Counted from the stretch's first letter, positions 12,240 through 24,828 are shown. The stretch is DNA of 64,000 bases from Chlorokybus atmophyticus (GCA_009103225.1 RHPI01001132.1:424002-488001); one strand, 5' to 3'. Made by a program: numbers and translations. The notes: a model not told the origin generated them from the letters alone.

Positions 12240-15200
12240 CGACTAAGCGCCTTGGACGGAGAGTACCTGAAGAAGCAAATGCAAAGAGCCATGTACGGGG
12301 AGATGTTGGGATGAGGGCGCTGCTTTGAGAGAGTGGGCAGGGGCTAGACTTGGAGATAAAATACGAATGCCGCTGTGAACGCACCGGTGATTGCCTGCGT
12401 GTCGCCCAGCTTCATGCCATCTAAGTACATCACGCTGATCATGCATGCACTTGCAAGCCAAGAATCTTGAACAGCTGCAAGGTGGTGATGAGGGTGGGCC
12501 GGCCCTGTCGTATGCTGTGTGCGACGGGCATCACGATGACTGCTTTGCTGTGAATGGGCATGCCATCAACTGAGGCGTCTCCAAGCTGCACCAGCAGCTT
12601 GTCTGCCTGAGCCATCTCTTCCTCCTTGTCTTTAACCATTGCTAAAGCTTGTCCTGCGCCTGCTTGTGCTTGTCGTTTACTGTTGTACTGATATTGCTCG
12701 CGCCATGCATCCTTCGCTGCCTCGCCAGCTGTTGATTGGAGTCCACAAGCGCAGACCCATTCTTGTCGCTGGGTCTTTGCTGGAGGCTTCTTTTTTGGTG
12801 GTGGCGCATTCCACAACGCAATCACGCTGGCCTGCTTCAAACCTCCCGCATTATTTGTGCCGTCACTGCATATGAGTGTCACCCGACCCGCTGCCTTCAA
12901 GGTAGTAAGAATGACTTCTGTTTGCTCCGGCGACACTTGCGCAACGACTTGCACGTGAGGCACAACATCAGCAAGGGCCCCAATATTGTCCAGCATGGTG
13001 AGGCCGTCACCGGCCACGCAAAGGTCAAAAGATGCGGCTACACACTTTCTGCATCTCTAACGCAAAAAGGTATACGTTGGATTTCATCAGATGACAGCAA
13101 CTCGAACTCGGACATTCTGCCTGCGGCTGCTGCAATTGGTAAAGCAGGGTGGCCTTGCGCCCACTGAGTCAGCACCAACACGGGCTGCATGACAACGTGA
13201 ACGCGGCGTGGCACGCCGTCAACACCTGATCACCAGTGATCACGACCACATGCAAAGATCAGCGTCAACGAACACGAGAACACCGCAAAACCACCGAAAG
13301 TCGGATCACGCTCAACCTCATCCCGGTCTGACGCTTTGACTCCGCTCACCATCGTGTCACTGATGCATCTGTAGCCCAACGCAAGCACACGCGCGCCCTG
13401 ACGTGTGAGGTACTTGTACGCGCATCGCTGTAGCCTGCAGGCACGTCCTGCATGCCAAGGGCCAGCGCGCGATTTCAAGACACCCACATGGCGTCGGCTT
13501 TGACCATGCGGGCGATGACGGACGAGCGCTTGAGCTGCGACAAGAAGCGGTCGCGATGCACTTTCCTGATGGTGTTCGTGGGGGAACGCTTGCTGGCCAC
13601 AACGTCGCTGCCAGTGTAGATCCATGCGACATGCAATGCAGCGTTCTCCAGAGGGTCTTCCACCTGCCATAGGCATGTTGCACGGCGGGCTGACATCACG
13701 CAGACGCATGAAGGCACACTGACCAGCTTCGTGTCAACTCAGACCAAAGCATGGCAAACTGCCAATGTGTATATGACAGGCTCAGATAGTATGGTTGAAT
13801 CACTTTGCAACTCAGGCTTGTCTGCACCACTTACACCTTCAAACACCTGCGTGCAACAAGACAAAGCCTGTTGGGTGGCCAATAACAACAGCACACACAC
13901 ATTCATTTCCATGCCACATTGTACCATGTTGTCGCTAGTCAGCATGCGATGTTTTAATGGCTATGCACAGCTCCATTGGGTGGGATGACAGAGGTGATGA
14001 TCAACGAGCAGTTGAGCAGCAGCATGTACCTTGAGCGGGTGGGCTCCTCCAACCCTGAATACAGAAGACATCATATACATGGACCAGACCGTCACACATA
14101 CACACACACACACGCGCACGCACACACACACAATGCAGTGATTGCAAAGCACAGACCTTCATGAGCACATAGTATACGGGCATGAGCGAAGACTAGCAGG
14201 ACAAGGATGAACAGCCCGCTTTCCAAGTTGTTCGCGCTCATGGTCTCCGTGGAGAAAAGAATACGCATGAGCTTCCCTTGGGTGTCAAAAGTTCTGAGGA
14301 TGACTGCAATGCACCCGCCATCCGGGGCCTTTGATCGAGCATCCTACCCACAGAAAGGTGCCTAAATAGTTATGAGAAGCCTGGACAGAGCAACTGCTGC
14401 ACTGCAGCTGTGAAGCAAACTTGATTAGAGCGCACTTTGTCGGGAGTCTGTTGCAGTATCTTTGTTCCGCCGACCAGAACAGACAGCTTGTCCCGCTGTA
14501 CATTCAGCACCAGACTGCGTGAGCTCTAAGCTGATGCTGGAACCTGTCAACAAGCCTGTCAGCGTTGCAACACACACATGCACGCGCATGCGCAAACACA
14601 CGCACACACGTGTACACGCGCACACACGTGCACATATGCAAGCATACACAAACGGGCACAGACAGCAATGCAGCTTTAAGCTGAACTACCAACTTTCCAC
14701 TGTGGGTGAGACTTCCCGGTGAGCTAGGCCTCATTGGCAATGCACTTGCCACACAACAGCAATGCATCCGCTGGCAAAGTTCGCTCCTCACTTCCCGCAC
14801 CAGCAACATGCCGATTGATACAAGATCTCCGGGCAGCAGCTCCTCACCCTTCACCTTGACCCACCTGTACACCTGATGCATGTGTTCACATGCAATCAGC
14901 AGCAAACATACCAACCAGCAAGACGCATGCTGACTCACTTGCCACCGCACTGAGAGTGGAGCTCGGATGGGTTGGTTCACACACGCCGCAGCTCCATGAG
15001 ACAGCGTTGACGGCTATTAACAACTCAAACATCAACAGCAACGTCAATATGAACAGCGGGTACCGCCACAACTCATCAAGGCACCAAAGCCCAACACAGA
15101 AGACCTGCAAACACCAGGACATACATGCAGAAGAGCAGGTAAGTAAGTGTAATCGAAACATATTAGACAGATGCAAGCAGGACCATGAACGCAATCAAGC

Positions 15201-15670
15201 GAAATGCCATGACTATGTAATCGCGTTGATGCACACCTGAAACACATAACACGGGGCTGCTTGAACAGCTCCCAGAAGGTTGGCATGGAAAGAATAAACC
15301 TGCGTAGGCAGCAATGAAATGCAAACAGAATAAGCCCGCCAGTACCTGTTGTGACAGTGGACGATGACATAATGGAAAACTACGCTTGAAAGTTGATGCT
15401 TGGCTGTGTTAGGTATAGACACTCACTTGTTGAGACCGAATCTCTCGCGCGCTGGCTGCACCTTGGCCTCCGTTCTATACCCGGAGCACGCAAAACAACT
15501 GCTGATTGGCTCCTTTGTTAGACACTGCAGCTTGCGAACTGTGTCTCCGTCATGTATGAAACGTTGCTTCCTGTACTTGAAACTCACTTCCACCACAGCG
15601 CCAGCGGCCTCCTTGTCCTTGTTTGCCTGCTGGTGCGGCAGAAGCCCCCAACTTCCGGCGGCCTGACATA
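12240..15670 (-). pseudogene. PDR2: Intron-containing pseudogene of a P5A-type P-ATPase (ATP13A1/Spf1/PDR2 family)
   Basis: Recognisable segments: [135 protein letters not shown]. There are frameshifts and stops, and the DKTG phosphorylation site is deleted. Confidence 0.85.
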
Positions 15671-16412
15671 ACATCACACAGACAAGTTACATTATGAGTA
15701 ATGTTGGGTCAGGCATTGTGTGCTTAACAGATAGCTGGATTATTTACCTTAGGCAGGTCTTGTGCTGGCGTGCAAGTTCACTTATTATGTGCACAGCTTG
15801 AACATATGGCAAGGGAACACTCTTTCAAGTACAACAAGAAGCTGACTGCACGTTCGTGCAGTGACGGTCGACACTTTTAAAGCTTTCCATCAGGCCGTGC
15901 TAGACCAGACCATTTAAGAAGTTGTAGTGAGCGGTGCCTTGAGGGCGACCAGCACAGTGTCCATCCACCGCACTTTGTCGGTAACGGCCGCAGGTCATGG
16001 TGCAAATCTGGTGAGAGCATTTCCGGGGGTTATGCTCCTGGTTGACCTTGTCGGCCAGCTGCTCATCTCCAAGTTGAACATAACAACAGCAGGACAAGGA
16101 GACGCCCAGGTGGGTAACAATTGACTTCTGATCGCATGAAATGTTTTGTGTTAGTGCAAGCCAATTAACCCATGGCCTGAACGCTATGCTACATAGCTAG
16201 AGTGACCGGCACACCTCAAACGCCAACAGTTGTAGACCACCTTCGCTGCACGCGCGCACACAAGTCTGACATCCACAGCCATGCATCCATGTGCATTGGT
16301 GTCGGCTAGCACAAATGCAATCATGGTGCAGGCTATTCAACTGTTTCCTCCGTAGCTGCATGGCATTCTGGGGCATTCTGAGGGGCATCATGAATCAATT
16401 GCTGGGAGCCAG

Positions 16413-16416
<4 letters not shown>

Positions 16417-16478
<62 letters not shown>

Positions 16479-17252
16479 NCTCTCGCTCCCTCTCGCTCCC
16501 TCTCGCTCCCTCTCGCTCGCTCCCTCTCGCTCGCTCGCTCCCGCTCTCGCTCTCTCGCTCGCTCGCTCTCTCTCGCTCTCTCTCGCTCTCTCGCTCTCTC
16601 GCTCTCTCGCTCTCGCTCTCGCTCTCTCGCTCTCTCTCGCGCGCGCGCGCTCTCTCCCTCTCTCCCTCTCTCTCCCTCTCTCTCCCTCTCTCTCTCGCTC
16701 CCTCTCGCTCCCTCTCGCTCCCTCTCGCTCGCTCCCTCTCGCTCGCTCGCTCCCGCTCTCGCTCTCTCGCTCGCTCGCTCTCTCTCGCTCTCTCTCGCTC
16801 TCTCGCTCTCTCGCTCTCTCGCTCTCGCTCTCGCTCTCTCGCTCTCTCTCGCGCGCGCGCGCTCTCTCCCTCTCTCCCTCTCTCTCCCTCTCTCTCCCTC
16901 TCTCTCTCGCTCCCTCTCGCTCCCTCTCGCTCCCTCCCTCTCGCTCCCTCTCGCTCGCTCCCTCTCGCTCGCTCCCTCTCGCTCGCTCGCTCCCGCTCCC
17001 TCTCGCGCTCTCGTGCTCTCGCGCTCTCTCGCGCTCTCGCTCTCTCGCGCTCTCGCTCGCTCGCTCGCTCGCTCGCTCTCGCTCTCGCTCTCGCTCGCTC
17101 GCTCTCGCTCTCGCTCTCGCTCTCGCTCTCGCTCTCGCTCTCGCTCTCTCGCTCTCGCGCTCTCGCGCTCTCGCGCTCTCGCGCTCTCGCGCTCTCGCGC
17201 GCTCTCGCGCGCTCTCGCGCTCTCGCGCTCTCTCTCTCTCTCTCGCGCGCTC

Positions 17253-17291
<39 letters not shown>
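16417..17291. repeat. Compound (CT)n/(CTCG)n/(CG) microsatellite with an internal ~200-bp higher-order repeat
   Basis: Direct reading. The block at about 16480-16690 recurs at about 16690-16900. Confidence 0.95.
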
Positions 17292-17429
17292 GCGTGTGTG
17301 TCTGTGCGTCTGTGTGTCTGTGTCTGTGTCATCGCCAGTATGGGGCGCTCTCCTCTGTGTTTCGACGCACTCTGCTCGCAGTTGCATGCGCTCATTTCTT
17401 GCTCGCTCGCTCGTCTCTCACCTTCAGTA

Positions 17430-19831
17430 AGCATATCCCCAGGGCTTTGACTCGCCAGTGGTGATCCGAGGTGCAGCCACATTCACTAGCTGCACATTTG
17501 AGGGCAACCAGGCAGCAGGTGCAGGTGGTGCCATATGTAACACGGGCAGTCTGACACTGAGACTCTGCCAATTCAGAAACAACCAAGCGGTGAGAGCGGC
17601 AATACCGCCTGCTTGTGTCCTCACTGCATCACTCCAAAACGACACTGCTGTAGCTCTGTAATTTCTCCCCGGTGTGCGCAGGAAGTCAACTTGCATGCTT
17701 ACTATTATTATAGGTCACGTCAACAAACTTGCGAGATGCTCTCATGAGTGTACCATAACATGTCTTTCTTACAACACCAAGGGGGTACGGTCTTCAGCAA
17801 TGGTGAATCAACCATAGAAGACTGCGAGGTTCACCAACTTTTGACGCGGGTGGACCTTGAGGATTGGGAGGACACATTGTTGTTGGCGAAATAGGGCTGC
17901 TGGTGGCCAAGCATTGCCATTTCTTCAAAGGCAGCAGTTCACAGGTCAGCCACGCCATCATCTCCCACTCATGGCCTGCGACTCCTGAAGCAGTAAATCT
18001 TTGGCAAGGACTCATTAGTAGCTTGCCCATTATAGCTTGCTGTTGTCAGGATGGCGGTGCTGTCAGCCTCTACAGCGCTGCGGAGTTTGATATCTGCTCT
18101 TTCCAAGACAACTCTGCGTTTGTGAGTCTGTGGAATGCGACCAAGTCACACATGCGCCTTATTAGTGAGAACTGTTCACAACTAACAGCTGAGTCCACGA
18201 TATAACATGAAGATCTTTTGTGCAGAATGCAGGTGGTGCTATCCATCAGCAATCTGGACGCTTAACCTTGAAAAACACCTAGTAAGCAAAAGTCTTGTGC
18301 TGCGTGTGTTTGCTGCTTTTTGGATTGAGATGACTGTGAAGTGCGTATCTCAGTGCTGATGTTGCTCGTCTCATTCTGGCTTGGCAGATTCACAACCAAG
18401 CTTACGATGGTGGCGCGTTGAGTTCAAACGACACAGGCTTGATTACTAACTGTTCGTTTGAGCGGAACTTGGTGAGTTACCAGGAGTCCATTACACGCAT
18501 ACTATACGCACGTGCATATGGTATGTGTGTAGTGGACTGCTGGTAACTTCAAGACGGGAGTGCACTATTGTCTGTTAGTGCGGCAAGTGCGCCTTATGCA
18601 TTGTATTTGTTGTGTAGTTTATCCATGTGTTCTTTCCTTGTGTGGTTCTCTCTCGACGCTCAGTACACGCGTATGTTGGCAATTGCCGCAGAGTCGCAAT
18701 CAGACAGGAGAAGCAATAGACGCCTTGGAGGCCGCTGACCTAACGATACAATTAACCAACTTCACTGGACGCTCATGGGGATGTTAATTAATGTCGTTTC
18801 TGCGCTTAGCAACGACACTCGCATTGTGGTGTCGGGCTGCAGATTCTATGCCGTAAGAGCATCTTCTTGCTTTGTCATAAGCGTATGATTGCGCATGTAT
18901 GCTTCGTGTGTTTGCTGTTGTATCATCTTTCTGGAGGTGAGCCTGTTTCCCCTCTGTTGCATGGTCTGTTATGTAAACTCACTGCTTTGCATAACAGATT
19001 AGATATATGCAAATGCCGCATCTGCTGCACTCAAAGACTTATACATAGTGGTCTGGTTGGCAGTGGAGGTGGCGCTGGTCTCTGCTCTCATTGCGCTGAC
19101 AGTCGTGCCAGTTGCCAGCATGGGGCCGGTGCGCATCGGCCCCTCACGGCTCAAAATGGCTATCCACTTCCTTCAAGTGGTGGCCCTGGCCTTCACCATC
19201 CAGCATGAATGGCCTGCGCCAATAGACTACATGACGGAGGCACTGGTGATCCTACTCTCTCAAAACCAGCTGCTGCCACTGGACTGCTACTTGTCTGGGT
19301 CTAGCAGCGACAAGGCGTTTGCAACCACAGTACTTTATGCTGTACTGCCATTTGTGGCAAACGTGCCTCTCGTACTGTTCTGGAGCATTTTGTGGTTTTG
19401 CTCTCAACAGCGCAAGCGGGCTGCATGGCCATACCGCAGGACTATCTCGCAGCGCAGCGTGTACCGAGCATAATCAGCGTGGAGTTTTTCCTTTGTCCTA
19501 TCACAGTAGCAAACTTCCTCGCCCTCTGCCACTCTATCCGTCCACGATTCTTTCTACAATCCAGATCAGGTGCACGCAGTTGTGCTCTTCCCTATCTTGT
19601 ACCTCTTGCCCTTGAGTGAGTGGCATGCAACCATGTCTTGATGCTGTGCTGCTCAAGAGGTGATGCGACATTATTGCTACAGGTGCTGGGGTTTTACTGG
19701 AAGCAGCAAATGAGCGTGAGGTGTTTCAAGGACAAGCACCTGGCATACGTGTTGGGACTGGGCATTCCTGGGTTGCTGATCTTTGTGAAAATGCTTCCCG
19801 CATGCGTGCTCTGGGTGCTGTATGCCAACCG
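17430..19831 (+). pseudogene. Degraded, internally deleted copy of the Pmp-like beta-helix / multi-TM gene A
   Basis: Exons VIRGAATFTSCTFEGNQAAGAGGAICN, DGGAVSLY..CSFQDNSA, AGGAIH and YDGGAL. 18498-18890 aligns with the reverse complement of about 63500-63918, and about 19010-19831 aligns with about 59168-60000. Frameshifts are present and the intervening exons are missing. Confidence 0.85.
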
Positions 19832-19848
19832 CGGGGGGGGGCGGGGGG

Positions 19849-20673
19849 TAATATTCTCTACTAACAGCAAAATCGTCACACCAAGCTATGCACTGTCATC
19901 CCTGCCTATCATTGCACAAGCATACTCACACGCATGTCAGCGGCATGCAAGCACGCCTACATAACTACACTGCCGCAGCTGCCAGTACAGCGTCCGCTTC
20001 CGCCGTTGGCGCCGCCGTCTGGACCGGATCCCAGCCTGGTACTGCCGCCACGACTGCCGCCCCCCGCTCCAGGATGGTGATGCCCTGGGCGCGCTGCAGC
20101 GCGCAAGACACGCGCTGCCGGTACAGGGCCAAGTAGCCCGATAGCCTGCGCAATGGCAGGTCACGTGCAGCCAGTGCCCTCCTAGCGCATGTGTCGATGA
20201 CATCGTGAAAACTCTGGCCCCGGGTGCCGTGCGTCTCGGCGGCGAGTGGATGGAATGTGTCGGCGGCTGGGTGATCGTGGTATTTTCGCCGCTTCGCCTG
20301 CTCCGCCGCCTTCGCTGCGCCTCCCGGTTGCTCGCCGCATGCGGTGATTGTGACATCCAAGAGCATGCGCGTATCTCGACCGGGTTCGGAGGCCACCAAG
20401 TCCACCCGCCTCCCCCTCGTCTCACCCGGCAGTATTGGCATAAAACCGCTCTGCTCCCTACTGACCGAGAACCCTGCGTCACGCATCACACCATATACCT
20501 CGTCGCGCAACACGTCATGCGTTGCCGTGCGGCACCTCCCCAAGGGGCAGCGGAGTAGGTGCGCGCCCTCGGCCGTGAGCGGCCCCCCGCACAAGCAATG
20601 CTCGACGTTGACCAACAGTGGGTGCGGTAGTCCTAGCATCGTCCTAAGCGCGGTCCGGAAGATGTCGGCAGGA
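19849..20673 (-). mobile_element. 5'-truncated CRE-like non-LTR retrotransposon (CCHC knuckle + restriction-like endonuclease), flanked by poly-C on its sense strand
   Basis: CLC..HLLRC..GRCRTATHD, RRVDLV, LLDVTIT, AEQAKRRKY, FHPLAAETHG and QRVSCALQR. Stop at 19965, then an approximately 116-nt 3' UTR. G tracts at 19833-19848 and 20674-20828 (the latter with an N gap). Confidence 0.85.
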
Positions 20674-20752
20674 GGGGGGGGGGGGGGGGGNNNNNNNNNN
20701 NNNNNNNNNNNNNNNNNNNNNNNNNNNNNNNNNNNNNNNNNNNNNNNNNNNN

Positions 20753-20828
<76 letters not shown>

Positions 20829-20831
<3 letters not shown>

Positions 20832-23800
20832 ATGGTGGTAGTGGTCTCGTTGTCCCATAATATAATGCAGTACACAATGTGCACACAAGTGAATGTGATG
20901 GACAGGAACGCGCCCGTCAAGTTCCTGCGCGTCACGGACAAGGCACTGTAGGGGTGGGACTTCGCACGACATTGATGACATCCTCAATGTCGGCAACACT
21001 GCAAATGAGCACCTCCAACACATCAAGATGTTGAAGAGGTTGATGGGCGTATGGATGCCTATGCCCCGACAAGTGCACTCTTGCACTCTTCACCCCACAA
21101 AGTGCCCTACTTAGGGCACATAATCGTGCCCAATGGCATGTGTGTACAACAGGCTTATATAGAGGCATTGGTGTCTATCCCAGCCCCCACCAATGTCACG
21201 CGCGCGGCTTCGTGCCTTTTTAAGGCTGGCCAATTACTATTGCAGGTTTGTAGGAACTTCGCGAAGATTGCGCGCCTACTCAATGAGCTCCTAAAGAAGA
21301 ACGTTGAGTTCAAGTGGAAGGAGCCATAACATCAGGCTTTCAATGAGTTGAAGCAGCGGCTGACGACATCCCCCATCCTTCAACGCCCCCATTACACAAA
21401 GCCCTTCAACCTATGCATAAATTGGAGCACAATTGGGTATTGAGCTATCCTCGTGCAGCACGACAACAACAAAGAGGAGCGCGTGGTCCTTGTCGTCGTG
21501 CTGCACGAGAACAGCTCCATACCCAGTTTTGCTCTCATAGGAGGGCGTGGTCTCTTACGCCTTTCGAGCAACAACATAGCCGAGGCCAACTGCAGCGGTT
21601 ACGAAGGGGAGTGCCTCGCAGCTGTATGGGCTGTCTCCAAGATATATCTTGGAGACATGAGTCATCCTTTCGGCCCTTCCTATTTAGCAAGCAGTTCCGA
21701 CCTATTACGGACCGTCAGCCCCTGTGCTGGCTAATGACAAACCAACACTTGACATGCAAGTTGGCAAGGTGGGCCTTGCTGCTGCAAGAGCACATTTTCA
21801 AAGTCGAACACTGCGTCACCCTCGCCGACGAAGACGCGGATGCATAAGGATTGAGTTGTAACCCTCAACGCTCCACCAACAATGCCACAGGAGCTCGATA
21901 CGAGCTCGGGCCTCTAGCACCACCTCCAGGTGTTGCCACCATATTTGCTAGTGCAGAATTGCGTGCGAGACGCAAGGTAGGCCGCCCTGTGGTAACGTCA
22001 ATGACAGCGAACACGCCCGTGCCAATAATTGGCAGCTAACACTCCTTAGTGCCTCCCCGCGCTCGAGACACCGCCGTTGACAATAAGGCCATGCGTGCCA
22101 TTGACAGTCGATAGGACATCGCGCTTGACAAACACGCTCTGCCTCTTCGTTACATTGAACACCTCCCCGCAGGACCGAGCGCACGAGACTGCGTCGGTCA
22201 GTGCAATTTGCACTTTTGGTGAACAGATGAGAAGTTATCGGCGCATCCATATCTGTCAAAAGGAGGTCACTGCGCACGGTGCCCCCGCTGCAGGCATGAG
22301 ATGTACATCCTTGTAATAATTGAGCGCTTTCCTAGCTGGGTGGAATTAATGCCTCTACCCAACAAGAGCAGCAGAAGGGGGGGGGGGGGGGGGGGGNGGC
22401 GTGCCGTCCTTGACTATGTTCTCAGTCGTCTTGACAGCTGCGCTGAGATCGTCACCGACTAAGGGACTGAGTTTGCTGAGGAGTTCACCACTCTAATCTA
22501 CCGCTGCTACATCGATAGTTGATGCACATCAAGAGACCATCCGAAACAAGATGGCCTCGCGGAGCATTCACTGCGGACTCTCAAGAAGGCTCCGCGCAAG
22601 TATGTGTAGGAGCTCCCCAAGAATACTTGAGATGACCACCTGTCATGGGTTCTTTTTAAGACACCACTTGTCCAGGCAAGCATTGCTGCGCAACAAAAGC
22701 CCATAATACCTTCTGCTTGTGTGCGACCCACTGCTGCAAAGCGACTCTTTTTACGCACAGCAAGAAGTGGACTAAGTTGTGGACATCCTCGACAAGCTCG
22801 ACGAGATGAGCTATTACCTCACCACTCGTGCAACCTTGTTCGAGAATATGATACCCATGGCCACGAACAACCTACGCATCACATAGCACCACGACACCCA
22901 CCGCGATGAAGAAATTTGTTCAGCGGCTTGTACAAGCAACGACAGCGGCGTATTATAACAGGAGACTTCGTTTACCACACGGCATGCTGAACACTAGCGT
23001 TAGGTAGCCATCCATAAAGTGATGAAGGTCTTCTCCAGCGACGTGTTGGACTTGCTAAAGCAGGACGGCAACAAAGTAAACGGTTACTAGTGTGATACTA
23101 CTGATATGATATGGTCAACCGTGCCCCTTGTCACTTGCCACAGGCGACAGGGTTTGACAGGATCCACCAACCGCACCCCTCGCGCAGCAAGAGGTGTAAG
23201 AAGTGTGGCAGCGCCACCGATAATGTGAAGATGCTGTGACGGATGCGACAAAGGCATGCACTGCTATTCTCTCACAAATTCAAAGGACAACATAACCATG
23301 GAAGAGTATTGGTGCGACGACTGGCCGTCGCATCAGACCACCCAGCATGCGCTGAAGAAGTGAGCTCTGCTAAAGTGTCATGCCCATTGTCCTCGTGTGC
23401 CAGCTTGCATCGAGCATGCTTACATTAAGACCCTCGCCCGGACTATCGGCACACCAACCCGCGCGTCATTTACCAGTAGCTAGATCATGACCTTGGACTA
23501 GCTCATGACCGTAGCCTATAGGCACTGCGCGTAGCTGTTTCAGTTGTGAATTTAGTTGCACGTTATGTTCTATATTGAGGGGGAGTTGCTTGTGGGAATA
23601 GCCAATATGACCGTTAGGTTGTGTTCTAAACAGTCATGATTTGACTTGTATAAGTAGTCGCGGTGTTCACCGGATCAGTTGGTGACACTGTAAGTGAGAA
23701 AGCTAGAAGCTTGTAAAGCGATTTAAACTATGAACACGCCGACATGGTTACTCAAAATCCCCTTAACGTGTAAGAGTTTGTCCATGCTCGTTTGCACCGT

Positions 23801-23875
23801 GCTTATCGTTGCCGTGAGCTTGGTGCGCTTAGTCGCGGTGTGCTTGTTGGCATTAGTTAGGGCATAGCATCCACG
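20829..23875 (+). mobile_element. Degenerate Ty3/Gypsy remnant (RT end, RNase H, integrase, PHD finger, PPT, putative 3' LTR)
   Basis: HKVPYLGHIIVPNG, FAKIARLLNELLKKNVEFKW, NNIAEANCSGYEGECLAAVWA and KLARWALLLQEH. Integrase remnants at about 22200-22900 and C..C...C.GC.KG.H at about 23190-23330. PPT-like tattgagggggag at about 23573-23585; TGTGG..CCAC bounded segment 23591-23875. Confidence 0.8.
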
Positions 23876-24302
23876 TGTTGCTTGCTCATTCACCTAACAA
23901 GACAGCATAACACATTTTCCACTCATGCAAAGAACTGTGTAAACAGCACTATTTATAATGGTGGCTTGTTGACTGCGTGTCCTACCGCACAGCATGTATA
24001 CCAAGGAGGAGATTCGCTCCACATGTCCGCACCACTCTACATCGACGGACGTGCTCCAGGAAGCACCTGCTGTGACAAGAGCTGGATTATCTTTTTGCTT
24101 TTGCTGACACCACCAAACATGATATGGCATGCTGCAGTAGCATGTCCACCAAACATGTCTTTCCTTCCAGCGGCACGAGACAACGTGACCCTCGACTCTC
24201 CTCGACCGACAAAAGGGACTCCCGCCTGTCTCAAGGGGTGTGGCTGTTGCCTCTGTTTCTTATCCATCGTGCAGAGCATGTACACATACATCACTGCGCA
24301 TG

Positions 24303-24828
24303 TGTCACAGCCCACTCGACCACCAAAGACTTGGTGCTTTTATGGTCGATTTGTGGTAATTTAATGTACCTTCCCGTTACATTCCCCCCCACTTAAGAAC
24401 GCTGACGTCCTCGGCAGCTGCGCGGTCAGCTGGGGAATTACCCAAGGGGTTTGTTAGGTCGGTCACCGGCCCCACAGCCAAGGACCGGCTAATTTTAGGC
24501 CCATACCGGTCAGCGCGCGCATAGCGCGCCGCTGCCGGCCCCACAGGTCGCGTCGCCGCGATAGGCAGGTCGCACCCTGCCGCGCCGACTGAACTGGTCA
24601 GTTCGGCGCGACTGCCATTAGGCAAGTCGCGACCCATCGATGATGGCACTCATAAAGTGACCATTTACGATTATTGGATTGAGAAACAACGACCGCGGAA
24701 TTCGTGTGCAAGGCAGGAATCGAACCCGGGTCTCAAGCTCCGATACCAATGTCACAGCCCACTCGACCACAAAAGACTTGGTGCTTTTATGGTCGATTTG
24801 TGGTAATTTAATGTACCTTCCCGTTACA
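24303..24828 (-). mobile_element. TRIM (terminal-repeat retrotransposon in miniature), 526 bp
   Basis: 79-bp LTRs (24303-24381 and 24750-24828; TGT...ACA; 1 mismatch). PBS TGGTATCGGAGC (24737-24748, tRNA-iMet type), PPT AAGTGGGGGGGAA, exact 5-bp TSD GCATG. Confidence 0.95.

Noticed and set aside
15900-16200. 5' exons of the P5A-ATPase pseudogene
   Set aside because: The translations did not match the expected N-terminal P5A motifs well enough to include.
16291-17482. Long ORFs (330-379 aa) of SL/RE/RA repeats
   Set aside because: They are translations of the CT/CTCG microsatellite and carry no coding signal.
19965-21086. 373-aa poly-proline ORF as a single gene
   Set aside because: A chimera of antisense Gypsy sequence, a poly-C tract with an N gap, and the CRE endonuclease fragment.
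24695-24780. tRNA gene
   Set aside because: A- and B-boxes and a T-arm are present, but I could not form an acceptor stem or a clear anticodon arm, and the sequence spans an LTR/PBS junction. It is reported as a TRIM promoter instead.
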